Origin: Octopus vulgaris
Lineage: Eukaryota
Assembly: GCA_951406725.2 (NCBI GenBank)
Contig: OX597842.1
Span: forward strand, 744,001-808,000
Length of the DNA stretch: 64,000 nucleotides
Reading direction: 5' to 3'
Shown here: positions 13,178 to 26,853 of the stretch, one piece after another
How positions within the stretch are numbered: position 1 is the stretch's first letter
Layout of the letters: each line of letters begins with the position of its first letter
Notes under the pieces: generated by a model
Databases searched by the model: none
What the model was told of the DNA's origin: nothing
Seen by the model: only the letters and a program-made list of their open reading frames with translations
Position numbers and translations under genes: made by a program

Positions 13178-13358
13178 ATGAACAGGGGAAGGGCACTGCA
13201 AAACTAAGATGCACCATGTGGCAGTTCGGCCCCACCTGAGGACGTTGGTTGTTAGACTGATGCCTGAGGGTCGCATCAAGTGGCTTCTAATGGTGGAAGG
13301 CTGAACTGCTTCAGGCAGTTTCCTGTTACTTTTGGGTACTTCCTTGTATGTTTAAATC

Positions 13359-14295
13359 AATGAAGACCTAACATGGTAGGTAGACCTGGTAAAAATAGCA
13401 GCCAAATCTCCCTCAAATCACATGCTACTATCTTATGTATGTATATAAGTATGAGCCGATAAGGGAAACCTCAACATGGTAGGTTACCATGTGGAGATCT
13501 GGTAGAAATAGCAGCCAAATCTCCCCAAAATCACATGCTACTATCTTATGTATGTTTATATGTATGAGCCAATGAGGGAGACCTCTACATGGAAGGAAAA
13601 CTTGGTAGAAATAGCAGCCAAACCTCCCTGAAATCACACCCCACTGTCTTATTTATGTATAGTATGTATGTATGAGCAGATGAGGGAGACCGCTACATGG
13701 TAGGTAGACATGGTAGGAATAGCAGCCAAATCTCCCTCAAATCACATGCTACCCCCTTATGTATGTATATATGTATGAGCCAATGAGGGAGACATCTACA
13801 TGGTAGGTAGACCTGGTAGAAATAGCAGCCAAATCTCCCTCAAATTGCACCCTCCTGTATTATGTATGTATATATGTATGAGCCAATGAGGGAAACCTCT
13901 ACATGGTAGGTAGACCTGGTAGAAATAGCAGCCAAAGATCTCTCAAATCATATGCTACCCCCTTATGTATGTATATATGTATGAGCCAATGAGGGAGACA
14001 TGTACATGGTAGGTAGACCTGGTAGGAATAGCAGCCAAATCTCCCTCAAATCACACCATATTGTCTTATATATGTATATATGTATGATCCAAATGAGGGA
14101 AACCTCTACATGGTAGGTAGACCTGGTAGAAATAGCAGCTAAACTCCCTCAAATCACACCTCACTGTCATATGTATGAATATATACATGTGTGTATAAGA
14201 CAATGAGGGAGATCTTTGCATGGTAGCTAGTATTGTTTGAAATAGCAGTCAAACATCCTTCAAATTACATCCAAGGAAACCTCTACATGGTAGAC
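13359..14295. repeat. Minisatellite, about 9 copies of a 103-113 bp unit
   Basis: Recurring gagccaatgagggagacctctacatggtaggtagacctggtagaaatagcagccaaatctccctcaaatcac. Confidence 0.92.
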
Positions 14296-14344
14296 TTGAG
14301 TAAAAGACACCAAAATTTATTATCTTCAGGCAAAAGACCATGGG

Positions 14345-14858
14345 CTGTTGCTGCTGTTGTTTAACCCCAGGTCAGTCCTAATCAAGTAAGCTGTGATCAA
14401 AGACATTCCAGCTGTGACCATCCTCTCTTTTATTCATAGTGTATCTAGGACTACATTATCTAATGTACAGTATAATAGTTTGTATTAGTGGCTATAGCTG
14501 TTGTTGTTGTTTAGCCCCTGGTCAGTCCTGATCCAGACAGACCTATGATCAAAGATCTCTTAGCTATGACCATTCCCACTTTATTCAGGCATAGTATACC
14601 TTGGACTACATTATACAATTTATACCATAGTAGTCAGTTTTAGTGGCTATAGTAGTTGTTGTTGTTCAGCCCCAGGACAGCCCTGATTTAGCTGACCTCA
14701 AATGATCAAAGCTGTTCCAACTGTGACCATGCCATTTTTTATACAGGCATAGTGTATCTAGGACTACATTAGCTAATGTACGATATAGGAGTTAATATTA
14801 GTAGTTGCTGTTTAACCCTAGGTTACTTCTGATCCAGCAGACAAATGATCATAGACAT
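14345..14858. repeat. Tandem repeat, about 3.3 copies of a 150 bp unit
   Basis: Recurring ccccaggtcagtcctgatc...tgatcaaag...tagtgtatctaggactacatta. Confidence 0.85.
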
Positions 14859-14860
14859 AG

Positions 14861-15083
14861 TGCCGGAGTGGTTGTGTGGTAAGTAGCTTGCTTACCAACC
14901 ACATGGTTCTGGGTTCAGTCCCACTGCATAGCACCTTGGGTAAGTGTCTTCTACTATAGGCTCGGGCCGACCAAAGCCTTGTGAGTGGATTTGGTAGACG
15001 GAAACTGAAAGAAGCCCGTCGTATATATGTATATGTATATATATATGTGTGTGTGTGTTTGTGTGTCTGTAGTTGTCCTATCG

Positions 15084-15132
<49 letters not shown>

Positions 15133-15345
15133 ATGTTTATGTGTCTGTGTTTGTCCCCCAACATCGCTTGACAACCGATGCTGGTGTGTTTACGTCCCCA
15201 TAACTTAGTGGTTCGGCAAAAGAGACCGATAGAATAAGTACTAGGCTTACAAAGAATAAGTCCTGGGGTCGATTTGCTTGAGTAAAGGCAGTGCTCCAGC
15301 ATGGCCACAGTCAAATGACTGAAACAAGTAAAAGAGTAAAGAGAG
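14861..15345 (+). mobile_element. SINE-A full length
   Basis: Head, internal microsatellite and tail are all present. Confidence 0.9.
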
Positions 15346-15663
15346 AGTATCTCAGGAATGACCATCCAATCTGAAGTATTTTAAAATATCCTCTCCGTCA
15401 TTTTCACCAAAGTAACGAACAACATGAGAGAGACGTAGCTGCTATTTCTAGCTGGCCAACCATCCACGTTGAGGAACTTTCCACAATGTTCCATTTTAGA
15501 TAGTCTCAAATTTCTAGTGCTTCAGTTAAATCTCAAGGAGAAGGGGTGGGGGATGATTTTTAAGGGCCATTTTCTGTGGAACCCTTGGAATATTTCCAAG
15601 TGTTTTCTGCAACAATGGCTTTGCACTGACATTTCTGAAGTGTCATCAGAACAGCTATTTGCT

Positions 15664-15672
15664 GTGTGTGTG

Positions 15673-15716
<44 letters not shown>

Positions 15717-15970
15717 TGTGTGTTATATATATATATATATATGTCTATGTATGTATCTATGTCTATATTTATGTGTGTGAATGTGTATAAGTCTGTGTGT
15801 GTGTGTGTGTATGTGTGTGTGTGTTATATATATATATATGTCTATGTATGTATCTATGTCTATATTTATGTGTGTGAATGTGTATAAGTCTGTGTGTGTG
15901 TGTGCATGTGTTTCGATCTGTGTTTGAATGTGTATACATGAGTGTATGTGTGTGTGTGTGTGTGGATGTT

Positions 15971-16001
<31 letters not shown>

Positions 16002-16473
16002 ATGTGTGTATCTATGCTTATATATATGTGTTTGAATGTGTATAAGTGTGTGTGTATGTGTCCTTATTTCTATGTGTGTGTGAATGTGTATAAGTGTGAG
16101 TGTGTGTATTTATATCTATATGTGTGTGTGTGTCTGTCTGTGTGTTTGCGAATGTTTATAAGAGTGCAAGTGTGTGCATGTGTGTGTGTATAAGTGCATA
16201 TATGCATGAGTGTATCTACCTCAATGTATATGTATATCAATTTTTATGTGTGTGTGTGTTTGTATGCATATATGTCTTTCTTTACGTGTGTGTGTTTATG
16301 TGTACTATGTGTACATATTGGTGCGTGTATTTGTATGTGTCTGTGTGTCTGTATGTATAGGAATGTGTGTGTGTATGTCTACTATTATGCGTATGTATGC
16401 GTGTATGTAAATGTGTCTTTGTGTATGTGTCTATGTACATGTTTCTGTGTTTGTATGTGTGTATGTGTGTGTG

Positions 16474-16505
<32 letters not shown>

Positions 16506-17531
16506 GCTCTATGGATATATATGTGTGTCTACTTATGTATGTATGTGTGTGTTTATGCTAACTTCTTGGTGCGTGCGTGTATATGTATGTGTCTGTGTGT
16601 ATGTATATGTGTATATCTAGTTCTATGTATATGTGAACAAGCCTACTTCTATGTGTATGTGTTTGTGTGTGTGTATGCGCATGTCTGTGTGTTTGTATGT
16701 GTGTGTATAGACATATAGGTGCAAGAGTGGCAGTGTGGTAAGAAGCTTACTTCCCAACCACATGGTTCCGGGTTCAGTCCCCCCACTGTGTGGCACCTTG
16801 GGTAAGTGTCTTCTACTATAGCTTGAAGCCAACCAAAGCTTCCTGGTTTAAACAGTAAGCTTGGCAGGAAAGAAACGTGCCTTTAAGCAGTACAAAAACA
16901 ACAAAAAATGGAAGGTGCAGTTATGTACAGGTTGACGGAAGAAAAGCAGGACAAAAACGATGCATACAAATGGGTTAGCTGGAGGTAAAACTAGATGGAA
17001 AAACAGGATGAATTTATGAGAATGTACCTGGGACAATAATAAGTTTATCTGATAAAACATGTAGGAAACTGCACGTGCATTTTTTTCACATATGCGTAGT
17101 ATTGATCGCAACAGCAGATGTACTTGCGTGTACAAATGTGCATTCCCACGGCTTTCGATCGCATTCTCACCTGGAATCAATTTTTGTAATTTTTTTAAGA
17201 CTTAGACATGCCCTGATACCATCGGTATCTACATATCAAATATGAGCGCAATTGGATGGAGAATGCTCGAGATCCTAGAAGACACACACACACACACAGA
17301 GAACGGATTTTATATAATAGACATATATATATATATATATATAGTACATCCAAAAAAGAAGAAGAAACACAAAAAAAGAACAACACGAGGACGTAGTATA
17401 TGAAAAGTATTAGCAGACGCTCAGGCAAGGAAAGAAACATGGTTTAATGTTTCGAGCAGATGCTCCTGTTTGGAAACAGAAGAAAGTCCAATAGAAGGGA
17501 AGACAGAGGAAGAAGATCGCCAACAACTCTT

Positions 17532-17564
<33 letters not shown>

Positions 17565-18003
17565 CTAATCTATGCACAAGTTCATGTATGTCTTTTCATC
17601 TGTTCTTATGTGTGTGTTTTTTTGTTTGTGTGTGTGTGTGTATGTCTATGTATGTGACTGCATGTAGCTCTATGCATATGTGAGTGTATATATATATATA
17701 TATATATCCTGCTATGTCTGTGTGTATGTATGTGTGCATGTGTTTAAGTCAGTGTCTATGTGTGTGTGTGTTTGCATGTGTGTATGCCTGCTTCTTTGTG
17801 TGAATGTGTATGCATTTATATGTGTCCATATGCATGTTTGTGTGTGTGTGCATGTTTTCTATGTGTGTGTGCATATTTACTTTTCTGTGTGTTTGTGTGC
17901 ATATGCATGTCTGTGTATCTCTGTGCTTATGTTTGTGTGTATATCTTGCACTACGTATATGTATACATGTTAATTTCTATGTGTAAGTGTTTATGTCTAC
18001 TTC

Positions 18004-18034
<31 letters not shown>

Positions 18035-18320
18035 ATTTTTGTTCGTGCATATATATATATATATCTGCGCATCTGTGTATATTTCTCTATGTGTATATGT
18101 CTCTGCATGTGTCTGTATGTGTTTGAGTGTGTATGTATGTTCATATTCAAGTGTTTGTGTGTTTATATATATAAAACGGCATTTATATATATATATAAAT
18201 ATATATATATGTATGTGTGTATGTACATTCACTTGTCGAAGCATATATGTAAATGTCTATATCAGTGTATATATGGATGACTATGTATGCGTATGTATAT
18301 CTGTGTATGAGTGAGTTTGT
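15664..18320. repeat. Degenerate (TG)/(TA) low-complexity field with embedded elements
   Basis: Direct reading. The Cys/Val-rich ORFs are artefacts. Confidence 0.85.
16844..17321 (-). mobile_element. Helitron-like non-autonomous element, 5' part
   Basis: Starts TC (tctattatataaaatccg) followed by a (GT)n tract. An internally deleted plus-strand copy lies at 46404-46685. No 3' CTAG was seen. Confidence 0.6.
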
Positions 18321-18502
18321 ATGAAATGTAAGGCAAACACAAACCTACAGACATGGCTGTATAGTAAGAAGCTTGCTTCCGGAATTCATGGTTCCAGGTT
18401 CAGTCCCCCTGCGAGGCATCTTGGGCAAGTGTCTTCCTATAACTTCAGACTGACCAAAGCCTTGTGAGTGGATATGGTAGATGGAAACTGAAAGAAGCCT
18501 GA

Positions 18503-18785
18503 GACCTTTGGCAATATGCTGTGCTTGAGAAGAAGACCCATCAAGCCAAATGAAAGCATAGTCATGGCAGATACTGGTGTCACACAAATGGCTCCTGTGC
18601 CAGTGGCACATAAAAGCACCCACTACACTCTCAGAGTGGTTGGCATTAGGAAGGGCATCCAGTTGTAGAAACCATGCCAAATCAGACTGGAACCTGGTGC
18701 AGCTCCTCAGCTTACCAGTCCTGGTCAAACCGTCCAACCCATGACAGCATGGACAACAGACATTAAGTGATGATGATGATGATAT
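18503..18785 (+). mobile_element. 5'-truncated RTE LINE end (ORF terminus, 3' UTR, (TGA)n tail) inserted in a SINE-A (18349-19028)
   Basis: Translates DLWQYAVLEKKTHQAK*, then ggcattaggaagggcatccag and a (gat)n tail. The SINE head lies to the left and the SINE body resumes to the right. Confidence 0.75.
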
Positions 18786-19075
18786 ATAAGTGTGTGTGTG
18801 TGTGTGTGCATCTTTGTATACGTGTTTGTCCCCTACCACTGTTTGACAACTGGTGTTAGGGTGCTTCCAGCACTCCCGCCAATAACTTAGCAATTTAACA
18901 AAAGGGACTAATAGAACACTTACCAGGCTTTAAAGAAAAACTGTTGGGGGTCGATGTGTTCGTGTAAAATGCATCAAGTTGGTGCCCCAGCATGGCCACA
19001 ATCAAATGACTGAAACAGGTAAAAGATATATGTGACATGCATTTTACACACATATTAAGAGGAATATATAATGTA

Positions 19076-19821
19076 CCGTAAATCCTTGAGTATAGTCCAC
19101 CCTTGAGTATAATACGCAGGGGATTTTTAGGGGGCTGTAACTCTGAAAAACCTAAACCTTGTGCATAATATGCACCCCTTCTCTAACTTGAGTCAAGGAG
19201 GTCTATATAACGTCCTTGGTTTGTAAAAATGTATACAGTAACGCCCTTTATTAATATTGTATATATAACATAATGCAAACATGTAGCTTTTTGGGGTATT
19301 TTGTTTGTAGAAAATAAAGAAATAGCAGTAATAACGTTTAATAAAGATTTTTAGGGGGCTGTACCTCTGAAAAACCTAAACCTTGTGTATAATACGCACC
19401 CCTTCTCTAACTTGAGTCATGCGTAATTAAGCCAGCAGCACCTAATCGAACAAACACTTCCGCGCATGCGTAATACATTAATGGTGATGTTCTTAACTGT
19501 TATATGGGAATGTAAATATGTTTGCAAATTGTTTTTGTTACATGTTAATCTGTGTTCTGAATACTTTTATTTTAATAAATGTTGCTTACTACAAGTTATG
19601 GATGATTCTTTTATGACTTCATTGCTTTCAGGCTTAGCTTGAGGTATTTTCGCGCCTGACATCACAAAATGCATCTGAATAAACATTGACGGACGGCAAA
19701 GAGAGACTCGGACATTGCATAGAAAATAACTTTTATTTTTAACCTCGTATATAGTACGCACTAGGGAGTTTCACCTTTAAAGTTTGGGAAAAAAGTGCGG
19801 ATTATACTCAAGGATTTACAG
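19076..19821. mobile_element. pogo/Tigger-type MITE
   Basis: TIRs ccgtaaatccttgagtata / tatactcaaggatttacag flanked by TA, plus an internal direct duplication of about 75 bp (19121-19195 and 19346-19419). Confidence 0.88.
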
Positions 19822-20226
19822 TATGCATGAAGAAAAAGAAGTTTTGGAATTTTTACATATATATGCAACCGTACACATGTACATATATATATACTCGCAC
19901 GCACACACACACACAAAAAAGTTAATATACATGTCTTTATATGCACACGCGTAAGAAAAATGCAGGGTGAAAGCAAAATACAGAAAAAATGTATAAAAAT
20001 ATATAAAGCAATAAAAATATAAAAATATATCTAAGAAACACACATATATATATATGAAACACACATTATACAGGAATGGCTGTGTGGTAAGTAGCTTGGT
20101 TACCAACCACATGGTTCTGAGTTCAGTCCCACTGCATGGCACCTTGGGCAAGTGTCTTCTACTATAGCCTCGGGCCGACCAAAGCCTTGTGAGTGGATTT
20201 GGTAGAAGGAAACTGAAAGAAGCCCG

Positions 20227-20275
<49 letters not shown>

Positions 20276-21107
20276 AGGTACATAAGGTGATGAGGATTCG
20301 CCTGGCGGATAATATGGTCTTGCTAAATTATCTATTAAAAGATAGCAAACGATATTATTCTGCTAAAGTAATCCGAAACCATGGTATAGCTGTTATATCA
20401 CAAGGTAAAGGTTTTTATTTTTCATTTACTTCGAAATTTGCTATAAAATTGTGGTTTTTTGGCCATGTTGGCTGTTATTTCTAGCATGTAAAATTGCCTG
20501 TTAAAAGGTAATTTTTGTATTTTGAAATATGCATATATACATATATATATGTGTGTGTGTGTGTATGTTTGTGTGTCTGTGCTTGTCTCTCCAACATCAC
20601 TTAATAACTGATGCTGGTGTGTTTACATCCCAGTCACTTAGTGGTTTGGCAAAAGAGACTGATAGAATAAGTACTAGGCATACAAAGAAAAAGACCTGGG
20701 GTCAATTTGTTCGACAAAAGCAGTGCTCCAGCATGGCTGCAGTCAAATGACTGAAGCCAATAAAAGAATGAATATCAAACTATATTAAACACACACATTA
20801 TATACACACACACATGACAAACAATGTATATATCCTTTATACATGTATACACAAATATGAAGCAGACTTGAATATGATGTCCGTATATTTTAAACATGTA
20901 TACACATAAATCTGTATTTTGCACATACTCACACACACACATTCACATTACAAACGTGTATACACACATGTGCACATATATAGGTACACATAGGCATACA
21001 ACACCGGACATGAATAAATGCATGCACACATGCATATACGCTCACTCACATATGCATATACATACATGCACACAAACACACAAAGAGATATGCACATTTG
21101 AAAATAA

Positions 21108-21161
<54 letters not shown>

Positions 21162-21272
21162 GGGTGTGTGTGTGTGTATATATATATACATATATATATA
21201 TGTATATATATATACATATATATATATATGTATATATATGTGTGTGTGTCTATGTGTGTGTATATGTATATA

Positions 21273-21318
<46 letters not shown>

Positions 21319-21594
21319 TACACACCTCACTCACACACACACACACACACACTCACTTCACACATTCAGAAACTAATTCAAACTGTTTTAAAAAGAATTA
21401 ATTATATGTATACGACTGGATTCAGAGAATCTAAATTTGTGCAAATTTATGAAAATTTATACAAAGTTATGCAAATTTATGAAAATATATGCTCATAATG
21501 AGAAACAATAAGAAAAATTTCTAAGGGATTCTTAAAAAAATATTTATCTTTTATAAACACTGAACCTTACAAAGGAGAGGAACAAGATAGGTGG

Positions 21595-21880
21595 TGCATT
21601 GCTGTACTTGAGAAGACCCGCCCACCACTACAGAAAAGGGGTCTTAAAAACCAAAGTACCATGTAAAAAGCCTTGGTATAGGTGCTGGTGCCACTTATAA
21701 GCACTGGTGATGGTGACATGTAAAAAGACACCCAGTACACTCTGTGGAGTGGTGGGTCTTAGCAAAGACATCCAGTCATGGACACCATGCTAAAATAGAC
21801 TATGGAACTGGGTGTGGACCTCGGCCTGACCAGTTCCTGGTAAACCATCCAACCCAAGCCAGCATGGAAAACAGATGATT
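21595..21880 (+). mobile_element. Old RTE 3' UTR copy
   Basis: gctgtacttgagaagacc ... ccatccaacccaagccagcatggaaaacagatg. Confidence 0.65.
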
Positions 21881-21952
21881 ATTATCATCATTATTATTAT
21901 TATTACTATTATTACTATTATTATTATTATTATTACTATTATTATTATTATT

Positions 21953-23432
21953 CAGTAGTTTTATTTTTATATCGTGCTTTCACTTCACTACCGAGCGCAG
22001 CTCTGTGTGCCTTGGGTATGTGCTGTGATTTGTTGTGATGCTCTGATGGTTATTGTATGGAAAGTGTTCTGCGTAGGATGTGTGCAGTGCCTAGTAGTGC
22101 AATTTTCTGTATGTTATATGTGTTTGTAAGTCCTGGTGTTTTTGTTATGTATTTGTCTGAATATTTTTTTATCATGCCTAATGCACCTACAATGATAAGA
22201 ATTGTTTCTGTTTTCAGGTTCCACATTCTGGTTACCTCTATTTCCAGGTCTTTGTATTTTGAGAGTTTCTCCATTTCTTTTAGAGACACGTTGTCATCTG
22301 CCAGTATTGATACATCAATTAGAAAGCATTTTTTTCTTCATGATCTCTGACAACTATATCGGGTCTGTTGGCCTTAATTTCTCTATCTGTGTGTATCGGC
22401 ATATGCAGAGTATGGTTGCTTTCTCGTTTTCTGTGACCTTTTCTGGTGTGTGCCTATACCATCTTTTTTCTGTTGTTATTCCATAATGTTGGCATAGCTT
22501 CCAATGTATGTAGGTTCCAACTCTGTCATGTCTGTGAATATATTCCTTCTTAGCCAGGACTGGGCAGCTAGAGATAATATGATTTATTGTTTCTTGTCCA
22601 TCTCCACATATTCTGCAGATACTTGTTATATTTCTTTTCATTACATGTTTTTGGTAATTTCTGGTGGGGTGCCTTTGGTCTTGTGCTGCAATTAAAAATC
22701 CCTCTGTCTCTGCTTTGAGTCCTGAGCTTCTCAACCATTGCTGGGATTTTTCTTTGTCTACTTCTTTTGCGTTTAGTTTAGTCTAGTATTTACCATGAAG
22801 GGGCTTTTCTTGCCATCGTTTTATCATGGTTCGTTGCTGTTCTGTTTTTAGTTTGGATTTCATTTGTTTTATAGCTTTTGTTGTTTCTTCATCTTCTTCT
22901 TCTTCGTATTTATTAGGTGGTATAATTTCTTGTTTGTATTTGTCAGCTTCCTTAAATACTGAGAACAGTTTTTTGTTTTGCTCGTGTTTTGCCGCTATTT
23001 GTATCAGTTTTCCTTCCTTCTGAAGTAGATATTTTTGCAGTCCTATGGTGGTTATTTTATAGTATTTTTCCAATAGTATAAGGCCTCTACCACCTTCTAT
23101 ACGTTGTATATATAGTCTTTCTATGTCAGATTTTGGGTGATGCATCCTAGATCCTGTCATTATTTTTCTTGTTTTCCTATCTATTTTGGTCAGTTCATTT
23201 AGTGTTCAGTTTAGGATATTGTAGCTGTAACTTATAACTGGGACAGCTAAAGTGTTAATACCTATTATCTTGTTTTTAGCATTAAGCTCTGTTTTTAGTA
23301 TTGATCTAACTCGTCTATAATATTCTTTTTTTATTTTCTCTTTCATTTGTGTGTGTTGTGTCTTATCTAGTTCATGGATTCCTAAGTATTTGTAAGTTTG
23401 GTTTTGGTCTAATTCTTTTATTTCATTGGTTT
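21953..23432 (-). mobile_element. R4/Dong-like non-LTR retrotransposon, 5'-truncated and frameshifted (RT end, CCHC knuckle, RLE endonuclease)
   Basis: YKYLG, ERLY..R.EGGRGL, KPLHG, ETEGFLIAAQDQ, CRICG...ETINHIISSC...RHD, KEMEKLSKYKDL, IIVGALG. The 3' end abuts (TAA)n. Confidence 0.92.
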
Positions 23433-23445
23433 TATATATATATAA

Positions 23446-23506
<61 letters not shown>

Positions 23507-23511
23507 TATAA

Positions 23512-23604
<93 letters not shown>

Positions 23605-24144
23605 TCAGTGTGTGTCTTTGTCCCACCTTTACCACCAGAAAACCGGTGTTGGTGTGTTTACGTCCCTGTAACTTAGCATACAATAATTACCAGACTTAAA
23701 AAGGCACTGAGGTTGTGCCATTCGGCAAAAATCTCTTGACGACATTGCTCCAACATGGCCACAGTCTAATGACTGAAACAGGTAAAAGATAAAAAACATG
23801 TATGTATGTATGTGGAAAACCTTATGATTCCAAGCCAAACTCTTTTATCTCATGACCAGACTTGTCCCCCGTCAGACAGATTTCTATACAACAGAAATAT
23901 GAAGAGTTGAGTCACTCAAAGAGGCATATTAATGCCTATTGACATTTAACCTGTATTTTTTCAAATATTTGCATCAAAATCTAACTCAGAAATAGAATTT
24001 ACATATGAATAGATCGACATGAAAGCATTTTATTGAATCGATATCGTTCCTTCCCAAAATATAATCAGCTTTTAATGAAGGAAGTTTGTCAATTACAAAG
24101 GCTCAATATTTATTTTATTTATAAATAAATATCCTATGAATTAG

Positions 24145-24651
24145 GCCGTGCCAGCCCCGCCTGGCCGCCGTGCCGGTGGCACGTAAAAAACACCATCCGA
24201 GTGTGGCCGTTCGCCAGCCTCGTCTGGCACCTGTGTCGGTGGCACATAAAAAAAAACACCATCCGAGCGTGGCCGTTCGCCAGGATCGTCTGGCACCTGT
24301 GTCGGTGGCACATAAAAAACACCATCCGAGCGTGGCCGTTCGCCAGCCTCATCTGGCACCTGTGTCAGTGGCACATAAAAAACTCCATCTGAGCGTGGTC
24401 GTTCGCCAGCCTCGTCTGGCACCTGTGTCGGTGGCACATAAAAAACTCCATCTGAGCGTGGTCGTTCGCCAGCCTCGTCTGGCACCTGTGTCGGTGGCAC
24501 ATAAAAAGCACCCACTACACTCACATCCAGCCGTAGAAACACTGCCAGATCTGACTGGCCTGGTACAGCCTTCGGGCTTGCCAGACCCCAGTTGAACCGT
24601 CCAACCCATGCTAGCAGGGAAAGCGGATGCTAAACGATGATGATGATGATG
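24145..24651 (+). mobile_element. RTE 3' UTR copy with about 6 x 60 bp internal tandem repeat
   Basis: Unit tggcacataaaaaacaccatccgagcgtggccgttcgccagcctcgtctggcacctgtgtcgg, then the family tail ending (gat)n. Confidence 0.82.
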
Positions 24652-24653
24652 AG

Positions 24654-24878
24654 CAAGATGGTAGCAAAAAGTTCCCGGACTAATTCTGTAGTGCATCAAC
24701 AGATGGCAGCACGTGGCTGAGTGCACAGTGAGAGCTAGCAGTGACCGTCATGGGGCAGTGTGCTGAGTGAATTTACTGAAAAATTTGTGTCTTTGTGATC
24801 AGGTATATGCCAACATGAAATTTTGCATTAAACTTGGGAAGTCTGCTTGAGAGACATTGAGTGTACTTGGCAAACTTA
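24654..24878 (+). mobile_element. mariner 5' end fragment
   Basis: TIR-like caaaaagttcccggact and translation NMKFCIKLGKSA*ETLSVL. Confidence 0.7.
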
Positions 24879-25460
24879 GGCATAGGAGTGGCTGTGTGGC
24901 AAGTAGCTTGTTTACCAACCACATAGTTCCGGGTTCAGTCCCACTGCGTGGCACCTTGGGCAAGTGTCTTCTACTATAGCCTCGGGCCGACCAAAGCCTT
25001 GTGAGTGGATTTGGTAGACGGAAACTGAAAGAAGCCCATCGTATATATGTATGTATATATATATATAGGAGTGGCTGTGTGGTAAGTAGCTTATTTACCA
25101 ACCACATAGTTCCGGGTTCAGTCCCACTGCGTGGCACCTTTGGCAAGTGTCTTCTACTATAGCCTCGGGCCGACCAAAGCCTTGTGAGTGGATTTGGTAG
25201 ACAGAAACTAAAAGAAGCCCGTCGTATGTATGTATATATATATATGTGTGTGTGTATATGTTTGTGTGTCCCCCCAACATCGCTTGACAATCAATGCTGG
25301 TGTGTTTACGTCACCGTAACTTAGCGGTTCGGCAAAAGAGACTGATAGAATAAGTACTAGGCTTACAAAGAATAAGTCCTGGGGTTGATTTGCTCGACTA
25401 AAGGCGGTGCTCCAGCATGGCCACATTCAAATGACTGAAACAAGTAAAGAGTAAAGAGTA
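24879..25460 (+). mobile_element. SINE-A with duplicated head
   Basis: Two heads sharing the acatagttcc variant, followed by one body and tail. Confidence 0.88.
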
Positions 25461-25602
25461 TATGAATGGGTTATATGGAATGTTTTGAGTGGCACATGTG
25501 CTTCAAGAGTGGAAGAATATTCCTGGAAGTTGATGAGCAATCTAGCAGACATTTACTTGTCAATGGTACAGATGCCTTTCATGTGTGACCGGCATGGGTA
25601 CC

Positions 25603-26020
25603 TATTTCTTTACTACACACAAGGGGCTAATCACAGAGAGGACAAACAAGGACAGACATATGGACTAAGTCGGTTATATCGACCCCAGTGCGTAACTGGT
25701 ACTTATTTAATTGACCCCGTAAGGATGAAAGGCAAAGTCGACCTCGGCGGAATTTGAACTCAAAACACAGCAGCAGATGAAATACCTATTTTTTTTTTAC
25801 CCACAAGGGGCTAAACATAGAGGGAACAAACATAGACAGACATAGGTATTAAGTCGATTACATCGACCCCAGTGCATAACTGGTGCTTAATTTATCGACC
25901 CCGAAAGGATGAAAGACAAAGTCGACCTTGGCGGAATTTGAACTCACAACGTAACGGCAGACAAAATACCACAAAGCATTTCGCCCGGCACGCTAACGTT
26001 TCTGCCAGCACACCGCCTTT
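25603..26020 (-). mobile_element. Two adjacent copies of SINE-C (another copy at 44340-44570)
   Basis: Minus strand B box gagttcaaattccgcc, then gtcgactttgcctttcatcct..ggggtcgataaattaagtaccagt. Confidence 0.8.
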
Positions 26021-26177
26021 CACTAGCACATGTACCTTTTATGTGTCACTGGCACAGGTGCCTCTTATTTGTCACCAACATAAATGCGTCTCATGCATCA
26101 CTGGCGCTTTTTACCAGTATGGTTGCCTTTTATGTGTCACCAACATGGGTGCCTATCACACATCACTGGCACAGGTA

Positions 26178-26853
26178 CCCCAACACAGGTACCTTTCACA
26201 TGCCCCAACACAGGTACCTTTCACGTGCCCCAACACAGGTACCTTTCACGTACCCCAACACAGGTACCTTTCACGTGCCCCAACACAGGTACCTTTCACA
26301 TGCCCCAACACAGGTACCTTTCACGTACCCCAACACAGGTACCTTTCACATGCCCCAACACAGGTACCTTTCACGTGCCCCAACACAGGTACCTTTCACA
26401 TTCCCCAACACAGGTACCTTTCACGTGCCCCAACACAGGTACCTTTCACATGCCCCAACACAGGTACCTTTCACGTGCCCCAACACAGGTACCTTTCACA
26501 TTCCCCAACACAGGTACCTTTCACGTGCCCCAACACAGGTACCTTTCACATGCCCCAACACAGGTACCTTTCACGTACCCCAACACAGGTACCTTTCACA
26601 TGCCCCAACACAAGTACCTTTCACGTGCCCCAACACAGGTACCTTTCACATGCCCCAACATAGGTACCTTTCACGTACTCCAACACATGTACCTATCACA
26701 TGCCCTAACACCGGTACCTTTCACGTGCCCCAACACAGGTACCTTTCACATGCCCCAATACAGGTACCTTTCACGTGCCCCAACACAGGTACTTTTCACG
26801 TACTTCAACACAGGTACCTTTCACATGCCCCAACACAGGTACCTTTCACGTAC
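26178..26853. repeat. Minisatellite, about 27 copies of a 25 bp unit ccccaacacaggtacctttcacRtD
   Basis: Exact 25 bp period. The unit has no stop codon in any plus frame, which produces three spurious ORFs. Confidence 0.96.

Noticed and set aside
13178-13345. Unique GC-balanced stretch with an open minus frame
   Set aside because: Weak acceptor, no donor before the SINE, and no recognisable protein.
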